Shown: positions 34,828-49,811 of the stretch, one piece after another
How the letters are laid out: every line of letters begins with the position of its first letter
Numbering within the stretch: the first letter of the stretch is position 1
Origin: Marsupella aquatica
Lineage: Eukaryota > Plantae > Marchantiophyta
Length of the DNA stretch: 64,000 nucleotides
Assembly: GCA_973895155.1 (NCBI GenBank)
Contig: OZ316891.1
Span: forward strand, 6,937,808-7,001,807
Direction of reading: 5' to 3'
Notes under the pieces: model-generated
Database searches by the model: none
The model's input: the letters and a program-made list of their open reading frames with translations, nothing else
Told to the model about the DNA's origin: nothing
Program-made: the position numbers and the translations under genes

Positions 34828-35436
34828 GGTGAAAACTAGAACCGTTGCAGTGAAGGTGGGAATCGTCCGGTCCTGTCAGGGGCTTCCCCCTCGTGAACCC
34901 AAGAATGTATATGGGCGAAGATCACGTCCACATGCAGACAGAGTGACCGGTGAAGAATCGTAGAAGCTCCTCAGGCATTCAGGGATGTAAGAGATTCCCA
35001 GGAACCCCTGGGCAAAGTGTAATCTTATCCCAGGTAACTGACTGCAGTATACCTGCTTGTCGGGACGTGCGTGGAGTGGTGTGATCTTTGGCTCGCACGA
35101 AAGTTAGAACGGGACTCGGTTGAGACATACAAAATTAAATATGAAAGCATTGAGGAGGAGATTGTGAGAGAATTTCAGCGCCCAATCTGAGCGCTTCCGG
35201 TATCTCAGCCACCAGTCAGAGCTTCCGTTAAACTTAGAGTTACTGCCCAGGACTGATTTTCACAGCAATTCCTGTCTTCACGTGTGCCCCTCTCGCATAT
35301 TAAATTGATCCCATGCTCTAGTTCCTCACGCTGCATCTGAAGTTAGAAACTGATCGGCCTCCCCGCCCAGCGCACCTAGCTGCTCAGTCATCGTTGTTTG
35401 TGCACTTCCAGCTGCTACGTGAGTTCTAGCTTTACA

Positions 35437-36824
35437 ATGGCTTCCGCTACTGCTGCATTGAGCTCCACCTTTGCAGGGCAGACCCTGTTCAACGGTCAGA
35501 GCGAGCTGTCTAAGAAGGTTGGCAATGTGGAATCTCGTTTGACCATGCGCAACACCAAATCCACGTCCACCAGCCTCTGGTTTGTTACAGTTCAATTGCC
35601 ACGACATCCTGTCACGGTCTTAGTGCTGTCCATCAGTCCCATGCACGTACTGTCATTGAACTCAAGCTTATTCGAACATCGTTAATTTGCTCGGTTTGAT
35701 GGCCATACCAGTTTCAACCAGTTTCAACGAATTAAGGCTGTGTACTCCAAGTGCAGCTCACTTTTGTTATTGTCTCTTTTCATACGAGGATGCATGCTTC
35801 CAGACTGCTACTGATAATTGTCCAATGCAATGACTCTGGTTCCTCTCCGCTCCATTAATTTCTAGCTATAGTAATTCAGCCCGAGTGGCAACCAGAGTAG
35901 TCGATCTAATTTTGCCAGAGAGCAGTACGTGGAGCTAGCTTAGATGTCATACATGTATAATTATAACTCAGATTCTTACCATCATTTTGAAGGTCGCGGT
36001 ACGTTGCTGACGGCTCGATCTGTACGGCTCGATATGTATATGATTTTTGTAGTTGTGAAATAGCTAACTAGTTTTGATACCTCTTTGCACAGTTCAGACG
36101 CTCCGTTCAGATCAGACAGGAGCATCTCTTGAACGTTGCTAAACTTCAATTGGATACAATTGTATGCAGGTACGGCCCAGACAGACCCAAATTCTTGGGC
36201 CCATTCTCCGACGGAGCAGTTCCCTCCTACCTGAAGGGAGAGTACCCCGGTGACTATGGCTGGGACACTGCAGGGCTATCATCCGATCCCGAGACTTTCG
36301 CAAGAAATCGCGAGCTTGAGCTCATCCACTCACGATGGGCTCTTCTTGGAACTCTTGGCATTGTCACCCCTGAGATCCTCGCCAAGAACGGAGTGCCCAT
36401 CCAGGAGCCAGTCTGGTTCAAGGCTGGAGCTGTCATTTTCTCCGATGAGGGCTTGAACTACCTTGGAAACCCAAGCCTCATCCATGCTCAGAGCATCCTT
36501 GCTGTGCTCGGAGTTCAGGTTATTCTGCTAGGTTTGATCGAGGGTTACCGAGTGAACGGGGGCCCTCTAGGTGAGGATTTGGACAGGCTGTACCCCGGAG
36601 GAGCATTCGATCCCCTGGGCCTTGCTGATGACCCAGAGACCTTTGCAGAGCTCAAGGTAAAGGAAATCAAGAACGGGAGACTCGCCCAGTTCGCTGCTTT
36701 TGGATTCTTCGTCCAGGCCATTGTTACTGGCAAGGGTCCCATTGAGAATCTGTATGATCACTTGGCTGACCCCGTTAGCAACAACGCCTGGGCCTATGCC
36801 ACCAAGTTCGTCCCCGGTCAATGA
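35437..36824 (+). CDS. Lhcb: Major light-harvesting chlorophyll a/b-binding protein of PSII (Lhcb1/2, LhcbM type); exons 35437-35579 and 36170-36824
   Basis: Transit peptide ending TMR; WYGPDR trimerisation motif split by a GT-AG intron (TG|G); [36 protein letters not shown] motifs. Confidence 0.97.
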
Positions 36825-39800
36825 AGAGTTCCATAGCTCACCCTGATCGAGTGGATCATGATGTCGAGAACTAAATCCTAGCTAGCTCGAAGATCGAGCT
36901 TGTTATTGGCATTGCGTGCATGTGGATTTGTATTTTTTAGTTTGTGAGTTTGACTGCAGATATATGTAGGAGTGGCAATGCGTTGAGGACAGTTGGGCCT
37001 CTTTGCTACTTGTTTCACATGGCCAATGCCAAATTGTAAAATTTCATATTCAGACTTGCATGGATTCTGTCGCTGAATGATGTATGCAAGCTTTCTTCTG
37101 CACGAGCACCATTTTAAACGTTATGTCAGAGCGTATGTTGCATACCCTCGACCTTGTGAAGTTGTGAATAATTGAGGGTAAGCAGCTTCCTATATATTGG
37201 AGAATATTGGATGACTGCGTCTTGCAAGCCAACGGTAATCTCCCGGTGATTTGGTATGCACATCTACTGCTCGTGATTCTTGACAAAAGTGTTGTATGAT
37301 GAATCCACTTCATCCTACTGCTCGTGACTCTTGACAGAATTGTTGTACACACTTCATCCTACAATTCAGCAGTCGAAGTGTAGCGCTTACTGCAGAACTC
37401 TTCCGGGTTAATCATAACGGCACTGTTAGAGTGGCAAATTAAATCGACAGTAAAGCGACAGAAATTTTCAAGCTAGTGATGCACCATAAATGGCAGTAGG
37501 CGAGGAACGAAATATTAATCAATTTTCCTAGAGAGACATTGGTGCTGCAGATTCAAGCTCGGTACAAGTGTTCCTCTCTCAATCTTTTCAAAATATGTCC
37601 AAAGGACAGGATGCATGTATCGTAAACCGTGACGTCATCATAGTTCTAGTTCCGTATGAAACCATACATGCATGGGTTCCTGATAAGTTTATTCCTTAGT
37701 TTCCTTCTCGAAAATCTAGTTAGTGCTGCCAATAGATCTGCGGGTAAAGGTGTTCAGTCTCAACAGCGATACCACGAGTCAAGAGACAATCAAAACTCGT
37801 CATTAGCAGATCCACCCTCACTGGCACCGGAGCTCTTGCTTCGCAAAAACTTTCTCTCGCTGCAGAAATAAACTGAAGACGGAGGAGTCAACGTAAGAAC
37901 CGCCAACCAGACGACTATAGGTCCAAACGTGACATTTTGTCAGCGACAATTCCAGCAGCAACAAGTTTAATCCATGGAGCTTTGTTGACTTGATCCTACC
38001 AGGATGTCCCCTGGAAAACATGGCCCGGGCAAAGGTATATAGAACAGAATGAATTGAATAATATTCTCTCAGATTGGACGTTTTATAGATAAGCGCTCTC
38101 TGTTTGAAGAGTGCTCGTTACAATATCATGGAAACAAGTGCCACACCTTAAAATTCTGTGAGCTTGTATACTTCACATTTGTGGAAGCTGTGTACTATGT
38201 CAAAAGTGATTATTACTCAGATCAAACTGGTTTTGATTATTATTTTTAGGGACAGTAATAGCACGTTTATGGGGTCAATTTATATCTTTCTCAATCTTGA
38301 GTCTTTGGCTTTGGGTACTAGTTTTGGTACAACTGGACTAGTTTATACATGTATAATCATGTATAAACTGCTGAAGGATTGCAACCGTGCAATTGTTGGC
38401 AATGACCGAGTCTAGTTGTTGCAGTTGCCTCTCTTGTCGTTACATCCGTATTGGTGTAAGATGGGCGCATAGCAGTAAAGCGAAGCGTTGAAATAAAGGG
38501 ATACATGGGTAGTAAACCAAAGGATAAAAGGTAAAAACCAAATACAAAGTAAATACAATTAAAAACAAATCTTGACTTTCCCGTATGATAATTAGAAACC
38601 AGCTTCCTAAAACATCCGGAAGAGCATCTCCAGGGAGTGGGCTCCCCCTCTCCAGCAAATCAGCAATAAATGAGTCCTTTTTCACGACTTCCCACACTAG
38701 TACTCCGCACAAAATCCACAGAAATTTATTTGCTGTGTTATGAACAGAACAGCTCAGTATCTCAAAAATAAAACAAAATATAGTTCGTTTAGTACATTTG
38801 TTGCGTCCAGTGCTGCATGCGTTTAGCTATCTTGGCTATTACAGAGAGTTGAATATAAAGTAAGCATAACTTGAGAGTAGATCTACCTTCTGCACCAAGA
38901 TGATTGCATACAAAATACAAGAGCATGTAAGGGGATTTCCAAATTGACCGCCAGAATGCACTGTTACAAAGGCACATACCTGTTTGTTTCTGGTCTTTGA
39001 AATTGGCCATGACTAGTTAATTAAGGCAATGGTTCGATGCAAGCTATACGAGATTTTGCATACCCCAAATCCACAAATTACGTAATAGGTGAACAAAGAC
39101 ATGCAACTGGGAAATGGTGTTAACAGAACATGACAGGACTCGACTAACCAAGAAGGAATCCTCTGCAACTGCCTCTCGTTGAACATTTCGACGTTTAACT
39201 GAGCATTTCATGCTAATTGAAACCCGAGAGCTTTTATTCTCCAAAAAATGAACTGGATGTGAAAAGTTCCAGCTGATGGACGTAAAATTACGTCAGTCCA
39301 ACGCGTTATGTTCCACCTGGTGCCCTAAACTAATTAAAAGAAGGCATGATATGCATCATGTTGGACAGAAGCAACAAAACCTAGTTCACTAACTATATGT
39401 ATCAATAACCTTCATTGGTTTCAAGTCTAGCAAAGCTGAGAGATCCAGATTCCCTCTGACCTGAGGTTTCTCCATTGTCCAGTAGGATATCTTGAACTGA
39501 CGTACCTGGTCATTTACATATCGCCAGTCTCCCAACATTGCTTTTACGACGTTCAGGAATATCAATGGCATTCAAAACGTAATCACAGGGCGTGGCACCC
39601 ACCATTCATGATGCCAGGTGTGACTCTGATTGATAGGAGCCTAAGTTTGGTCTCCAATGACCACCAACAACTAAAAGAAATTTGCGGGATAGAGTCTAAA
39701 AACCCCAGAATACCTCGTACTCCTATGTCATCGACTCCACCGCTGAAAATAAACCTTTGGTTGTCCCCATTTAGATACAACCCAATACATTGTCAATCAG

Positions 39801-39846
39801 TGTTCTTCCCAGCTTGGCGTAATACAGATGAACTTGCTGCTCCAAC

Positions 39847-42800
39847 TTACGCCTCCTGAGGTTCATCCTCCAACGAAGAAGTATCTGAAAGACCATCTGA
39901 TTGACTAATCACCGAGGGTATGATGTCCACTTTGTAACGCACAACCTGCCACCCATGCCCCCAATCTTCTTATTTAAATTGACGGTCGCATTCGAAACAT
40001 CAAACTCAAAAGACGTCCTGAGAAAGGCAACGCAAATCCTACTGCAAAGACGCACTACTAGCAGGTCAAAGTTACTGATATTACAATACTAAAAACTCCC
40101 ACTGTGATCTTCAGGAACTAATATATGCGAAGTACAGATGTGGATTTACAGGATGGCTTCACTTGAACGAAGACCTCATTAATTCTTCAACCATGCTAAC
40201 GATAGAAATTGACTCGTCACATTAAAAGATAATAGACGTAATCTTAATTTTTTTTCTCGAGGCTGCAATAATTCATTAAAAATCGGCCGACAGAGCTTCA
40301 ATGAAATAGTCCATCTGCTACAGTGAGCCCCTTTCATTTTGAAATACTGCTGAACGATGGGGAGGCAGACTTCGGTGAATGAGAGTATGGGGAGAATCGT
40401 CTTGGTGGAATCTTCAACTGACCAGAGCCAATACTGTAACCCATAAAGAGAAACCAGATTACTGGTCCACGAGAAGGCTACAAACTGAATTCATTCCCAA
40501 CTTTCCCATCTATGTCTATGCTATAATGAACGGGTGGAAAGACCAACTACTAGCAAGTTGACCAACACCAAATTCTGTACAGATTCTTTTATCTGCACTT
40601 CGACATTGACGATCATAATCTGGACCACTGCCATTTTAAACCTAGAATAATCGGCATCGTTCATCTCGCGCACCTTTCTGTAAAAGTTCGAGTAGCTGTT
40701 GTCCCATACTAGTGTATACTGGCCAACTTGTGGAGAGTAAAAATCCCCCTGTTACACACAGCATTGAGGGCTTGAGAAATTCATGTGACAAATACTTTCC
40801 ACATTACTGGTATAAGACAGTCACAAAGAAGACAAACTCAGGCCAGATTCACTGTATCTGCCATATTACACGATGGCAAAAAGAGGACAACGCAATTGTC
40901 AATGAAATAATCAATCACTGTGAATGAACAACGGTGTGAGGCTGACAACAATTTGGAAAGAAAGATAACTGCCCTGCTTATTACAGACCTGGTTTAGTTC
41001 ATATCGTTGATATGGTAAGATGGGAAGCTTACTTCCACCTTCACTAGAGAATTCCACTTTAAAACCAACATCCTGCAATTACAAACAATGAAATTGAGGC
41101 CTTGGTATGAAATGCAACATTCTTCTTCCTGGATAAATAAGTCCCAGATTAAACTAGTCCACGAATGCTTATCTATTTTAAAATTTATCAAGACAACACC
41201 AGCAAAGCCAGCACATTCATCGAAGCTTTTCGGTTTGTCACGGGTAATACGCGATCGATACCGATACCGGTGTCGCTAATACTGTCGCTTATACTGTTTC
41301 AGACAAATTCTGCTTGATTGACAGATACCATCTCTAACGAGAAGACGGTCAGATATATTGAAGCCAGGCTCCAGTCCTGAATACAACGTTGGGGACTCGA
41401 ACTACTAACATTAAAAGAAGAGTACATCTCAGAAAATTCTTGATCTAAAAAAGTCAATACTACTAGATGCAAGGCATCCCCACTGCACATTTCATCATTG
41501 GGTTGTTACAGAAAATGAACACGGCAAGAACAACAGTAATTTGGTATGAATAGGCTAACCTTCCCTGCCGTCAATCGGAAGTCCCAGGCCACCAGTGAAC
41601 CCTCAGTCTCAACCTTCACAGACACCTAAGAAGAAAGCATCACCCCAGTCGACCAAACGATCCAGATCGTTAGCCACATTTCTCAGTGAACCCCACCAGA
41701 AAATCTAGCGTCTTTACTAAATTTGTACTGCAATAGACAAACGTTGAAAACACCAGTTCTTTCAATGTGATGCACCCACTGATAATCCAAAGAACACCGT
41801 TAGTAGCAAACATAGTGTTTCAGAAGTGAATTAACCACGGTGTCACAAAATGAAGGCTTCATACCTCATGAGATTTTCCTGCTGCAATGATAGCCTCTTT
41901 GAACTCCTCAGCGCTGCAAAAATTGAAAAGAGCATTCACAATTCCCTTAGGTGTGCTTGTGCGGACAGAATCGGGTATGATGTTGCTCCATGAGTTCCAA
42001 AACGAAACTTGAAGGCATTGCTATGGCAGGAGATGAACGGGAGAGGGAAACTTCACATCAAATTCAGTGCTAGGATTTTTACAGGGTAAATACCATACTC
42101 GCAACACAGAATGGACATCACATCACCAACGAAAAGGGACGTAAAAGAAGCAGGACAGGGCTTAACAAGAACCCTACTTGTCTTCGGTTATTCCTGCCTC
42201 CTCAGCAGATATTAAGAAAGGCGAGTTTTCAAAGACGTCCCTGCACAACCCCCCAAGCCACAGGCTACCATCAGCCACTTGGAAAGAGCAGATACATTTA
42301 CAGCTCGGATTGATTCTAAGAAACTACACAAATTTTTCTCGGACATGAAGGCCAGAAAATCTGTAAGACAGTCTTTGCAACACGTCAAATCCTTTCATGT
42401 CTCAGAAACACAAAGTGTCAGTCTCGTATCGGATTCTAGACGTAAGCATTTACAAATCACAGAATACCATTTCCGATGACTCCATTCTGTGCTCATTGGC
42501 GTCAAAAAGACTTCGTATTCAACATGTCATACAACCTGTAACCCTCTTTATCATCTAATGCACCTGAGACCTCAGAGCACTCTTGCCGAAGGACAGCCAA
42601 GGAGAATGCCCTTATAAATGTCGAGAAGATTAACTCACCCCATGAAAGAAAGATAGTGCTTGAAGTCAGTAACATATGCGTCCACAGAATTCTCCAACAA
42701 AACGAGCAACTCGGGTGTTGATCTGAAAAATTCATCAAGATATTGCAACTCAGGACAAAGTACTGTCCGCAATGATGTCAATGAAAGCAAGCTCACGTGC

Positions 42801-45800
42801 TCACTGAGTGAATTGAGTGTGCTACTTTTCATTCGACGATATATTACCTTTGAAATTTCCCCAGCCTGCCGTGCCACAAGGTTACGGAGCTTGAGATAGA
42901 AGTCTAGTGACAGCACAATCTACTCAATCTAAAGCAGCGAGTCACTACTTCCCCACACTTCATGGCTCATGAATAATGTAGCTGTTCTCATCATGCTGCA
43001 AAGTTGAAATAGCTCGCATCTGAATCTAGAAGATGGACGTAGTTGTTGAACATAAAAATTGGAAACTTACGGCACAAAATTGTCAAATGTACGCCACCAC
43101 AGAGTAGTATATATGCGGATGGCATTAGAAAGGTTTGTGATTTGGTATAGTGGAGGGCCGTATCGCTCCCGTTGTTCTTCCATGGGCCTGCCGGACTCAG
43201 GTCAATTAGAACTTTTTATATTCTTCGAAAAACTTGACTCTTCATGACAAACAGATTTGTTGACAGAGGATACTCAACCCACACCACACTCACGGCCCGC
43301 CCCACTCCAGGGGGCATTGACATGGGTCGACTCTTGGGCATTGCAAGAAGGCGAACATAAGATGTTGAGGAATCACAATGAAAACCCCCTCACAAATACT
43401 GGTCTGGGTAACTCAGCAAAAAATGAAGAAAACACAGCAGCTCACAGCAGTTAACACTACGGCGAAATAATAGCCAGAGTTGCCCACTATTAATTTTAGT
43501 AAGAGCTGGGGGTTAAAGGTGTCGTACCCATGGTGATCGTTAATTTGCCGAACAAAGTCAAGAAGAACCTGTGCGTATGTTTTGTAAGAGAGGTTAGTGT
43601 GTGTATTGAAGACAGGAGAACATTCTACTACTATGATCAATATGACTTAAACTTCACCCTTATATAGGTCTTAAATACGGGCCAGTTCTTCCTTATAAAC
43701 TCATGTTCTAAACAGCCTAGATACCTGAAGAAAGATGGGAGCTTACTGACACTAAATAACGCTGTTTGGTAAGCAATTAGTGAACACCTCAAACCTTCGG
43801 AAACGACAGACATCTTTTAGTGACAATAAAAAGGAGACTCTACAAATAGACAAGTGGAATCAGATAATATCCTCAGCCCACTAATTTTATCTCCATCTGC
43901 TAAAAAGATTTAAGGTTCCTTACCAAAGGAACTCCAACTAATAGCTTCACAAGTTGCTTGTACACCCCTGAAGCTGAACCAAGATTTGCTAGCTGCTTTC
44001 GTCTGTATAATCGAGCACCAGTTTAAGCTTAACCCTTTCACAGGCACAAAACTAAGACCAAAAACATTTGACATGGAAGTTTTGCCTTAAAAGATTGAGA
44101 TGGCAAAACAAACAAAAAAAGCTTAGAAATATTAGTGCTTGATCCTAGACAATCTAAAGTGCACAAATGCTCATCCAAACATTATAAAAGCCTTTAAAAC
44201 CATATTGGTTAACTTATTCCCAAATAGACTGGGGCACGTAGACTCGTCATATACCACTTACCTTTCCATTTGTTGCTTCCAAAGAAGAACATATTTATCT
44301 CGAATAGTACCACCGCTACTCATGAGAGCGTCAACTTCGGCCTGTCGCTTTTTCTCTGATCGTTCACGTTGCTGTTTGATTACAGCAGCTCGAAAGTCCT
44401 GGGGCATGTATGTGAGAACTGAAAGCCAAACGTACGGGATTAGTCCTTGCCGGTTTGAATGACACTCTACGAAAGTATGTACTTGGATTAACCTCACTAC
44501 ACGAGAAACCAAATTGCTACACCAGAAACCCATAAATTACTGGTCACTCCACCCATTCAGCTTCAAAGTAGCAGTTACTACCGCTAGCTCTATTTTGCTA
44601 CGCGCCTCACGATCCGAGATATTGCACAGATCAACACTCACCCATAGAATACACGCGATCGCTATTAGCCGCCTGGAACGATTCTATTTCTTTCATTAAA
44701 CTCCGAAGACTCTCGCCCAATCTCTTTATTGTCGCACCAGCATGCTCCATAATTGAAGTGTCCTGAGCCTTGAGCTGTGAGGGATCATCCACATTGTTAC
44801 ATCAATTTCAAAATGTTGAGGTTAACCATGCACCTACTTAACTTCAGCCACATTTCTCAAAGATAATTCCTCGATTATTGAGACATTCCATTTTGTGTAG
44901 AAACCGAAGCCATCTCGTGTGGATCAACACATCCCAAATATACTGAAAGGTAGTCATGGCTACGAGTGAGACCTCCACTCTGATTTACGCAAAAACCGTC
45001 TAGAATATCCCATAATCCAGAATTGGGATGCATGATACTCACAGCGGCTGGCCAGTTGGCCTCATCAAATAAATGCAGGGTCTCTTCCACTTGTTCTCGA
45101 TTCATCCACAAGTTTTCGTCAATTTTATGAGCTGGTGTACATTTCAAATCTGCAACTAATTGCTCCTCTCCTACAAAAAAGTACAGTCATTGTCAGCCAG
45201 GACTTATGCGACCCGTTCATCAGTACCCAAACGCCAAAAATCATACCACGAAAAGAGCGAACAATGCAAGTACGACCTATATCCGCACTCAAGTCACATC
45301 GTATGAATTAGCACTGGACATGGTAAACACCTTTTAATTCATCTTCCCCTGCCCCTAAAGTAAGGACTGACCATCAAAACCCCATGCAACGTAATTGCTG
45401 ACCTCAGCGGTAAATACCAATATGCATGTGTAGAGCTTCTGGTTGATCCTTTAAGGTTTGATTAGGGACTTCAGAAGTTCGAGAAGATTGAAATCTTGTC
45501 ACGCTGCTACACGAGCTTGTGTTTTCAAAGGCCTAGTGCCCCTAAAGATTAAACATGAACTCATTGCAGCTAGTGATCTCCACCTGCTCGATTTCATGGT
45601 AGAAGCTCTTCTCTTAACTTTCCAACGTGGGTAAAGCGCCAAACTCAACAAACTATTACCAAAGACAGAATAAGACTGGCACTTCGCCGTAGCCATTTCC
45701 TGGAGAGCTAAAATGTAGATCTTCGAAAAACATGAAACAAAGAACTATATCTGCCATGCCAGAATTAAGCACTACCACAACTTAGGGCTCAATAAACATC

Positions 45801-46458
45801 TCCGATCGACAACCCTTATAGCCAAATCGATGACTGCATACATTATCTGCAGTAAGTACAGATGCTTGCAATCTTACTCTGAGACTAGAAAACAACGTCG
45901 GCTTTCAATGCTGCCTGATCAGAAAGCAGTAGACATTGGTTTCACACAAAATAATATAGGTCACATGTGGAAGAGCACTGCTGAAACCCCGGTTATCAAA
46001 ATAGGACTGGTAGGACTGGACCGCATAAAACACTCTTACATTGCCTATAATTTCAGTAAATCGAACTGAATAGAATCAACCGAATTCCGCCGTCTTAGAA
46101 GAGCCTACACTGCTCAGTCGTGACAAGAAGAGGAAATGCTCGCAATAAATAGATCCGCTATAGGCCAAACAATATAAATTGAGACCGACCTAACTTTGCC
46201 AGCTCTCCAGTTCAACTCGTTTACCACTTGCCATCCAAATGCGCGACACTGGCAAGATCAGCAGATCATCAACACAGAGGGAACGGCAACAATACCTCCG
46301 CTTTTGAGCCTTTCGGCGTCCAGGCGCTCCGTCTCCTTGCAGACGGACGCCACAATCCCCGCCAGGTCATCATTGATCGGCGAATACGGATACTTATCGT
46401 AATACTTCGCAAGAAACGGGCGCGTGATCGGCACCAAACCCACCGTAGACGCCGCCAT
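39847..46458 (-). CDS. Conserved plant GOLD-domain protein (At5g01010-like), multi-exon
   Basis: Exons MAASTVGLVPITRPFLAKYYDKYP; PAHKIDENLWMNREQVEE; YMPQDFR...QQRERSEK; VAWDFRL; DVGFKVEF..ILPYQRYE; YTLVWDNSYSNFYRK; VVRYKVDIIP...QEA* (stop at 39847), with GT-AG borders. Confidence 0.88.
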
Positions 46459-47846
46459 GGTGATTCAAATCCCCTGCTCTCCCACAGATATATCCAATCA
46501 CCCCTCCTCTCAATGCATCTCCCTCCTTCACGTCACACCAATCTCACTCACGCAAAAACGACCACACCCCTCGATTGATTGCCCGCTAGCTCGCCCTCTC
46601 GTCCGCTCTCTTCCTCGCGTCCTCTCTTCGTCTCTCGCTCAATCAATCAATTCGACATCGCTGGAACGATGAAAACACCACCATATGCACTCGTTTCGCG
46701 ATCTGGTGGACATCCCAGGCCACGCCGAATCGATCGATCGAGGCGGTGGTGAAGGTCGCAGGTCTGATTGCTGCAATTCACCAATAATAAGTTGAGCACG
46801 AACGATTGACTGACCGACCGCGATCGATCGACCGGCAGGCAGGCAGGCAGAGAACGAGCAAAGCAATGACTACGGTACCGATTGCTCTTCGCCTCACTCT
46901 TCTTCTCCGTCATTACGTTACTCTTTCTAAACAACAACTCTCTCGCAATTCCTCCTGAAACAGCTTTCCTCCCCCTCTCCCAGCGGGACACCAGGAGTTT
47001 CTCATGGAACCCACTTTTCCCCTGGAAGTCTTGGGGCGATGGCGCCCCACAGCTCGGATCGGGGGGAGATATTCGTTTCGCGATCCCCGATCGAAGCCGT
47101 CGACGTGGAGTCTCGGCGGCCGAGATGCGTTCGATCGGAGGGATGTAAACGAAGCTTGCAGTAGGGACACGAGTGTGGCATGGAACCGAGCCCCCGATTA
47201 TGGGAGCGGGAGTGCCAGGCCCCCTGTCGGCGAGACATCGCTCTGTCCCACTTTTAGCGTTGCCGGGTGCTCGACTGGTCAGTGTTGTCCCAGACTGCCG
47301 GCGTACTGCCACCTGCCGGGTGTCTTGACTGAGGCCAACTGGGATCTGTGCGAGGTGACCGGTCCGGGCCAGTGACGACTGGAGACTGACTGACGTCTGT
47401 GGTTTGGGTCCAGGCGTGTGGGGAACGAGCGATACGGAGTTACGGACTGGTCCGCGGCCGCAGCGACACGGCACGACTTTGGAGACACTTAGTTTGAATC
47501 CGCTGGATATGTGTACGGACCGGTGGTATGTGGAGCCCGACTACCGGTATTTCAGTTCAGCTGTTACAAACGGGATATTGGGGCGCTTTTTCTTTTGATC
47601 CCGAGCATATCCCATAGGTGAGGGGAAAAAGTATGATATGCCATCCTTTTAGCACAGGGAAGGTTGTGAACCAAGCAACCAAACAACCAAACAACCAACC
47701 AAAGCAACTTGTTGACCGCTGCAGAAGATCGTCAATAACTAGGATGCCATCTAGTCTAGTGGAGGTAATAACTATAATAGAAAGCTACACTGTAGAGCCT
47801 TCACTTTAAATCGCCAGTTTAGGGGTGACGCAAGTACGCAACTGGT

Positions 47847-47934
47847 GGGGAAGGGGAAGGGGAAGGGGAAGGCAGCCTTGGGCCTGCTAAAAACCAGGTT
47901 TGCATCGAGTGGACTACTCCTGGTTTTAGCAGGC
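47847..47934. repeat. (GGGGAA)n microsatellite followed by a ~16-bp-arm inverted repeat
   Basis: ggggaa x4, then gcctgctaaaaaccagg ... cctggttttagcaggc. Confidence 0.7.
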
Positions 47935-49811
47935 GTACTCTTGTGCGGCTATCTATTATTTATGATCGTGAGTACATGAATATGAGTAAAGTAATGGCAA
48001 AACTCAGGCGACCCTGATCGTCAAATCACATCCAATGGTCACCAGTGATTGTGAACAAATCTTTCATTGCCTTAAAACAAGCTGGAGATACCCGAATGCT
48101 TTTCAGCTTGAAAAAAATGGAGGTTTGTCAATCAGGTTGCAAATGATCCTTCTAAAGTACGTATACCAGTGGAATATCAACAAAGAATCCTTGAGCATGA
48201 GACATCATGAGACAAGGTACTAAAGGTGAAGATTTCCAATTAGTAAGAGAGGAAGACAAAGTAGTAAGAGAGACGTTTTCTTTGTACTTAGTTTTTAATT
48301 GTTGGCAAGGCAGTCAGAGCCCTTTAGGCATAGCTTGCCTTTTTATTGCTGGCAAGGCAGTCAGAGCACTTCAGACATAGTTTGTCACTCTGTACACAGA
48401 GTAGACAGCCATTCCTTAGGTGCTCTCGGCCCATCTTGACATCTTTGTGGCTTTCAGCTCAATTACAATACAAGAAATTGAAGCCCGATAAAGCACATGT
48501 AGGACACAATGCTTCCATGGACTACATTTTGGTTGTCCATGGGAGTCTTAGGGCCCCTATCTTGATGATATCAGTAAAATAATTTTCAGTTTTGAACACA
48601 ATTAAAATTATTCTAATGGCATTTACCCTTCCACAATTCACCCAATCTCTGATGATAAACTCAACCACCTTAGCCAACAAAATCAGGGTCACTTTGATGG
48701 AAGTGTAGCTTACCTGCTCCTCAAGCATATCCCAAGGTATTGTATAATGCGAGCAAACATGAATTTTGTTAGCAATGAGAATATGGTTAGCGAGACACTA
48801 GTGATTTCAAATTTCTTTTGCTTTTTGCTGCCTTCCATATATTGTGTTTTTATACGAATCCAGATGGCTAGCAAAAAGAGGTGTCCCAAAAGTGTATGTT
48901 ATCAACCAGGTTCTTGTTAGCGAGGCAATTGGAGATAGAAAAATCAGGGGTCATGTGGGGAAACTTTTATGCAAGGAAATTTTTTACTGTTTCCTCACAC
49001 ATCACAATGACCCGCATATCCCCAAAACTATAAAATACTGTCTTGCATTTCTGAATAACAAGCTCCAAACAAGTTGTTAGAATTGAACTCAGATTTTGAG
49101 AAATGTTGTCCAAGGGGGTTTCCAAAACCAACCTTGTGGTCCATGGGGCCTTAAAATTCAATAAATACTTTAATCAACCACTATCTCCTCATGGCATGTT
49201 TACAAAATTGACAAGGGAAGGGGACAAGCCAGGCCCGTCAGATTTCTTTCAGGGGTTTCTATACCATTGGATTGCCTCAAAAAGTGCATGCCCAAGGGGT
49301 CTACTTGCTTTTGACATAAGTAGGTACAAGGTGAGATGTACCTCTTGCCAATATCAATCAAGTACTTTAAAAAGTCCTCTACGTAAAAATGTTATGACAC
49401 ATAGCCCCTATATGAGAAGCACGTTACTTGGTTTGAGAAGTTTTTCTATAATTATGGAATATAGCTCCTAAGTAGGTGAGAAATCCTATAGGTTGATGTT
49501 GTTTGTTCTTCATTTGCTTTTCTTTCCTAAAAATTGTACTGGAGGGAAGAACACGTTGGGGGGAGGGAGAAAGGGAGAAAGCAAGGGAGGGTGCCAAAAG
49601 GGATAAAGGAAAACAAGGAGAGGGGAAAAAAGGGAAAAACTTACTCCCTCCACCTTAGCACAGTGTAACCACAATGACATCCTTGGTGTTTTAAGAGCTT
49701 CCTTGCCTCACATGCATATCTTTGTCACTCTGATATCTCTTTGACTCATTTGCATTTTTTATTATATTGTTTGCATTTATTTTTTGTTTCTTTATTATAA
49801 CATCTTTCAGC

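Noticed and set aside
46647-47474. 275-aa ORF and overlapping ORFs
   Set aside because: GC-rich promoter/5'UTR region of the GOLD-domain gene with several frames open and no domain-like sequence
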